DNA from: the human T2T-CHM13v2.0 reference genome, Homo sapiens
DNA length: 64,000 nucleotides
NCBI RefSeq assembly: GCF_009914755.1
Contig: NC_060930.1
Reading direction: 5' to 3' (one strand)
In this document: positions 57,657 to 64,000 of the stretch, piece by piece
How the letters are laid out: each line of letters starts with the position of its first letter
Position numbering within the stretch: the stretch's first letter is position 1
Position numbers and translations under genes: made by a program
The notes under the pieces: generated by a model
What the model saw: the letters and a program-made list of their open reading frames with translations, nothing else
Database searches by the model: none
What the model was told of the DNA's origin: nothing

Positions 57657-60565
57657 GGAATTCACCCCTTGTCAACTTGGGACCATAGGTATCTTTTTAA
57701 AACATACTTAATCTCCAAATAAAGACAACAAGAATGTTATAATTTCATCTAACAGTATATGAATATCCTAAATATAACAAAAATCAAACTAATCTGTTCC
57801 CCAGAAGAGGACGTAAGGTCTTGGTTGATGTTTACTCCTCTTCTGATGTTCCATAATTAAATGCCATGATGTAAAATTAACAATACTTAAATATGATATA
57901 AAGTCAATACATCTTATATGATAAAAAATGAAAGAGGGAAAGAAAACAGATATTTACTTAATATATGTATATATTCACATAAATCTAGGCATAGCAAAAT
58001 GGGAGAAAATACTCATGACAATTACAGTCTTCATTTTTATGACTGGTTACATGGTCACAGCTACTATTTATAACATCCTTCTTCTACTTCCCATTCTGTA
58101 CCTACCTTGCCTTCAGCAAGCACCTCAGCTGGTCATGGTACTTCATCTGGTGGGGTGACCCAAACCTTTGTTTCTAAAGGGTCTGGATTATTTGTAGTGC
58201 TGCCTGGATTGGGTGGTCATAGTTTTTCATTGAGCTTAATCACAAGTCATGGTTATTCTAAGAGACAACCTAAGGGATTTCCTGTATGCTAGGCATGCTC
58301 TTCCTTACCTCCACTGAGGAGGAGGCTTCCAATTTTGTCTTGATCAATCACTCCAGTGAACACCATAATTCCATTCATGGCCTGTTGACTCAGGCACAAG
58401 GAGTCCAAAGTGGCTGGGTGGTAGTCTTAATTTCCAGTTCAATGAAATTTTTATGTCTTCCATAGGGTGGAAGCATTTCTCCCTCTGGAACTAAGAACTC
58501 TAGGCCAGCAGAGAATAGAGTTGTGGGAATAGGGAGCAAACCTTTTATTAATGGGTTACTAGGGGTAATGATGAGTGGTGCCACTCCCGTTTCCACCACT
58601 TAATTCCTGAGTCTTTTAATCCTGGTTATTAGAGAAATAGTACCATGTTGTATATGGTACCATAGATTGGATTCAGAACATATACAGCCTTATGGAGAAC
58701 CTAACCCCAGTTATTTCCACCCAGTTTGTGCTATAACTGAGTCTTCAAAATGTTAATCATTCTATTAAGCCATCTGCTTTGGGATGGTGGGGAACATGGT
58801 AAGATTAGCGAATTCCATGAGCATGGGCTCACTACCACACTTCTTTGGCTGTGAAGTGAGTTTCTTGGTCAGTAGCAGTGATGTGTGGAATACTGTGGTG
58901 GTACATAAGACATTCTGTAAATCCATGGATAGTAGTTTTAACAGAAGTATTGCATGGCAGGGAAGGAAATCCATATACAGGGTGCCTGTTTCAATAAGAA
59001 AAAAATGCTGTCTCTTCCATGATGGAAACTGTTCAATGAATTCAACCTGCTGCTAGGTAGCTTGCTGATCACCCTGGGGAATGGTACCATATTGGGGGTT
59101 CAGTGTTTGGTCTTTGCTGCTGCCATATTGGGCATGAAGTTGTGGCCATAGCCACATAGCCACATTGGCCTTGGTGAGTATAAGTCCATGTTGCTGAACC
59201 CATGCATAAACTCTATCCCTGATACCAGGATCACTTTGTTAATGAGCCCATTGGGCAATGACAGGGATAGCTGGGGAAAAAGGCTGACCGGTATCCACAG
59301 AACACATTATTGTATCTTCTTGATTATTAAAATTTTCCTTTGCTGAGGTCACCCTTTGGTGAGCATTCACATGGGACACAAATACTTCATGCTTTTTGCC
59401 CATTTAGAGAAGTATATCTACATATCTTTCTCCAAATTTGTTACTAATTTTGTAATCATGTTCCCTCAAAGCAAAGTGCATTGCCCCAAATTCTGCCCAC
59501 TTGGAGGATTTCCCTTCACCACTGTCCTTCAGTAATATGCCAGGGAGGGGATGCAGTGCTGCAACTGTTAACTTTTAGGTGGTACCTTCATGTTGTGCAG
59601 GACCATATATAAACCAGAACCTAGTCTTCTATTCTTCTGTTGATCATTGGGAACTCCCCATGAGCCTAATAGTGCAGGCTGAAAGAGAGAAGGCAGTGTA
59701 GGAAAAGGGGGGCTCAGAGGCATTTGGGCCACTTCTTCATGTAATTTACTTGTGCTTTCAGGGCCTACTCAGGTTCCATCATGAATATATTGCTTCCATT
59801 TGATGATGGAGTGTTGCTGTGCGTGCCTAACTGTATGACTTTGAGTGGTCAGATAACACCCAGTCTGTAATGGGTAGCTAGGCTCACATAGTAACTAGGT
59901 AGCCCATGGCCAAGTGTTAAGTTTCTGCTAAAGCCAAGAGATGTCTCTAAAAAGGAGAATAATTATCTATAGATTATGGCAGATCCTTGCTCCAAAATCC
60001 TAAAGGCCTGAGTTGTGATTCACCTATGGGGGCCTGCTGAAGGCTCTAATGAGTATTCCTATCTTCTACCTATACTCCAAACATCATTGATTCTATTGGA
60101 TCATATAGCCCAAAAGGCAGAGCAGCATCATTGATTCTATTTGATCATGTAGCCCAAGAGGCAGAGCAGCTGGCAGAGCAGGCTGGATCTCTTGCAGAGG
60201 TTTCTCTTGTCTTGGATCCTACTCACAACTAGCAATTTTTTGAGTCACTCTGTAAATAGGCTGGAGTAACTCACTCAAATGAGAAGTATGTTGCCTTCAA
60301 AATCCAAATAGATTCAAAAGTGATAGTGCCTCTTTTCTTGGTTGTATGAGGTACCATATGCAACAACTTATCCTTTGCCTTAGAAGGAACAGCTCAACTT
60401 GCCCCATTCTACTGGATCCCTAGAAATTTCACTGAGGTAGAAGGCCTCTGAATTTTAGTCCATTTTATCACTCATCCTCTAACATGCAAATGTCCTACCA
60501 AAAAGTGTAGAGCAGTTACTACTTCTCTCACACAAGTTTCAATCAGCATAATGTTAGCAATCATT
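57657..60565 (-). mobile_element. ERVL internal region, 5'-truncated (RT C-terminus, RNase H, integrase, dUTPase remnants)
   Basis: Polypurine tract next to the LTR; ORF 58390-58599 PTTLFSAGLEFLVPEG; integrase IASDQETHFTAKEV-like at about 58845-58885; decayed IDDIMLI (IANIMLI) at about 60541-60561. Confidence 0.88.
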
Positions 60566-61824
60566 ACAGACACCAAAAAGAGAAACTTATACAAGGTGTT
60601 CATGGTGCTTAGCTGAAAGTAAAACTTAAAACCAAAATGCTAATGCTTGTAACAATTTTTAGAATCCCAGGAAATTAAAAAATATGCTTGGGTTATAAGT
60701 CCAAGTTAACCCCTTTGATACTAATTGTACAGATACTGGTATTGGAAAAATTGCTTGAAAGACATACTTCTTTAAAACAAAATACTTTCATCTTCTTTAA
60801 CCACAAGTCAATTAAATTCTGAAATAAGTTTATAGTCTAAATGGTGACACTTAATTAGTATATTAGAGAATACATGGGAATATTCTTTTACATATTTTCC
60901 CATGGAAAAAACAGTGCTCCAGACTGAATTGGAATCTTTCCCAGAGACAAACTATTGAAGTGGGATCAAATAGAAAATTCGAAACCACTAGATAATTGGT
61001 TTAACTTGTGAGCAAATTATCTACTAGATAATTTTTTTCCTATCCAATGGGTAAAAATAACATGAAATTTTACCTTTTGAAGTCGAATTTGTAATCCCCT
61101 TTGTGATTTCTTTTTTTATAATTAACTTTTCTATTTTCACCAAATGGTAGAAATAATTCTGAAGGCTGTATTATATTGATATTCTTTGCTGGACTCAATA
61201 ATGAAAAGATGCTCAAGGTCTTGCTTTTGTCATTAACTGATGGACAAACACATTTAGAAATGTGGATGGACAGTCTTCACCATTAGCATTACATTCAGCC
61301 TAAACTTAGTATTAACTTTGGAGCAAAATCAATACTATGCTATGAGAAATGGTTTTTGAAGTTTTAACTTGTTTCTATATTCACAAACTTCAGAAGCTAA
61401 TTCAGTTTTAGAACCTCATGTTGTGTATATAAATTATAACTATTGAAAATGGTTTTAGATCAACAAATAGTTGCTACTTTGGGCTACTTGATCTTATGAA
61501 TAATAATATTCATTTATGTTAATTTATTTATATGCCTTTTACCTGAGTAATGTATTTAATGTGTATTTATTGAATAACATCTATCTAGCCCCAAAGACAT
61601 GCAAAATAAATATGAGAGAAACTCTCCACATTTTTTCATATTTGTATTTCCTGGTGCCAAATTAACTTCATTATTTATTTGCCTGTTTTGTTTATTATTA
61701 TTTTTAAAATCCATCTCTTACTAAATAACACAAATATTCTAAGCAAGCACACAAACCAAACAACAGCAATGCTGCTAGCCTGGGTTTATTTATTCTCATG
61801 AACCCTTATGCCATCCTTCAGTTT

Positions 61825-62998
61825 TTAAACATAATTTTTTGAGCAGTTTAAGAGTTTTAAAAAAATTGAGTAGAAGGTACAGACAGTTCCTATATAGTCC
61901 TTCACCATCATTTCCCAGTTTCCCCTATTATTAACATTTACATTTGTTACAAATGATGAGCTAATACATTATTATTAACTAAATTGCATTGTTTGCATTA
62001 GGAATCACTCTTTGTGTTGTATACTCTATGGGTTTGGGCAAATAGATCCACCATTATGTTATCATACAGTACAATTTCACTGCCCTAAAAATGCTGTGTG
62101 CTCCACCGATTTACCGTTCCCCTGCTCTCTCTGAACCCCTAGCAAACACTGATCTTTTTATTGTCTCCATAGTTTTGTTTTTTTCCCAAATGTTATACAG
62201 TTAGAATTATAGACTATGTTGCCTCTTCACATTGGCTTCTTTCACCTAGTAATGTACACTTAAGTTACCTCCATGTCTTTTCATGGCTTGATTTCTCATT
62301 TATTTTTATCACTGAATAATACTCCATTGTATAGATTTACCACAGCTTGTCCATTCACTTACTGAAATACATTTTGGCTGTTTCCAAGTTTTGGCAATTA
62401 TGAATAAAGTTGCTATAAATATCCATGTGCAGATTTTTGTGTAGAAGTTAATTGTAAATTTTCAAGTCATTTGAGTAAATACCAAACAGTGTAATGGTTG
62501 GATCCTATGGTAAAAGTATGTTTAGTATTGTAACAAACTGTCAAACTATCGTCCAAAGTGGCTATATTTTTTGTATTCCCACCAGCAATGATGAAAGTTC
62601 CTGTTACTCTACATTCTTGTCAGCATTTGGTCCTGTAAAAGTTTTGGATTTTAGGTATTCTAATAAGTATGTAGTAGTTTTCTCATTGCTGTTTTAATTT
62701 GCAGTTCCCTAATACCAATTTCATATTCTTACTGATGTCTGTGTGTCTTCCTTGGTAAGTTGTCTGTTTAGCGGTTTTGCCTATTTTTAATGGGTTGTTT
62801 TCTTGCTGAGTTTTAAGAATTCTTTGTATATCTGGCATACAAATCCTTTATTAAATATGTATTTTGCAGATAATTTCTTCTAGGTTTTTTTTTTCATTCT
62901 CTTAAAAATCTCTTTCACAGTGTAGGAGTTTTTAATTTTAACATTTCTATTTTAAGTGCAACATAGCAATTTTTTAATGGATCATGCTTTTGGCATTT
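61825..62998 (-). mobile_element. L1MC1/L1MC2-type 3' end
   Basis: gagcagttta...aaaattgagtagaaggtacaga...tttcactgccctaaaaat...aattatgaataaagttgctataaatatcc. Confidence 0.85.
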
Positions 62999-64000
62999 CT
63001 TCTCTTTTTGAGTACTATCTTTATGACTAATTACAAACTTTTATCAAGCATTTCAGGTATTACTGTTTTTTTTTGCCCCTTCTGTTATATACTTCTGAAA
63101 TATTACTATTTCTAACTATTTTAGGTGAAAAAATGAGAAAATTTTTCTATTTCATTACCTGTTACTAAGTTTGATAAAGGTAGAAGAAGGTTGAGGCTGG
63201 AGAGAGGTTTTCTAATATTCTTGAAAATTATCTTAGTCTTAGCACTCAACTCCTGTGCCCAATGGAGTGGGTAATAATGTGTTGATTGAATAACATACAT
63301 TTTTAATGACTCTAAGAGGTACAAGTCTGATCATTGATTCTAAGCATTTTTCTTATTACCCCAAGCCACTCTTTCTTAATGTGTTTCTTTGAATTCTTGT
63401 CAGTTCCCATCACGTGTATGTGAAATGTGTTGTCAGCCACATTGCTGTTGATTCCTGCAGACCACTTTTGCAAGGCTCCTGTGTTGGGCTGCCAGCCTCC
63501 ATACACCTTACCTCTACCCCACCTCTTGTGCTCCATCTTTGTATGAGCCTGGGACAAGCTTTCCATTGAGCACATGAGTTACTTATTCAAGTGTGACAGA
63601 GTTGTGAAGCAATGCTAGAAATCATGTACTTAGAGAGTTTTAAAATAGAAAAATAAATTGGCAAACAAATGAACTGCGTTTCAGAAAAAAACTTCATATT
63701 TGTGAAGAAAATAGGGTTGGTATGGAATAGTATGCTAGTTATCTCAAATCGTGGAAAAGGGTGACTCCAGTCTGTAAGAAAAAGTTCATTGATGATGAAC
63801 TTTTCTGAACTGGCCCCAGGATAAGGCAGCAGACCTGGGATCATTCTATTTTATCCCCCAGAATATTGCTTAATTGTTATTTGGAACAAGGGATTTACTT
63901 AATATGAATTCTTTCATTCTTTTGTCAATGATTGTTAGTTTTAAAGAAATTAAACAATTCTTTTAACCGTATGAAGTTAATGAAAAATGTCTGCATTTCA

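Overview
AT-rich, CpG-poor hominoid (human or great-ape) genomic DNA; the presence of Alu and L1PA2 elements fixes the lineage. I find no credible cellular protein-coding gene, RNA gene or CpG island. Every long ORF in the track derives from transposable elements: L1 ORF1/ORF2/ORF0, Hsmar1 transposase, ERVL pol, Alu or microsatellite artefacts. The window holds two near-complete ancient L1M elements, a full-length Hsmar1 mariner, an Arthur1-like hAT element carrying a nested insertion stack, a 3' ERVL/MLT2 provirus remnant, THE1D/MST/MLT1 LTRs, six Alu-family elements, MIR/L2 relics and an ancient tRNA-derived SINE. The most striking structure is a cluster of rearranged L1 insertions, each bounded by readable target-site duplications (TSDs). 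Six of the eight L1PA insertions with both ends visible are inverted (twin-priming type). Two carry 3' transductions, one of them itself split by the inversion, and one keeps the whole 5'UTR+ORF1 back-to-back with its own 3' end. I see no evidence of a new gene system. Subfamily names come from remembered diagnostic bases and need RepeatMasker/Dfam confirmation.
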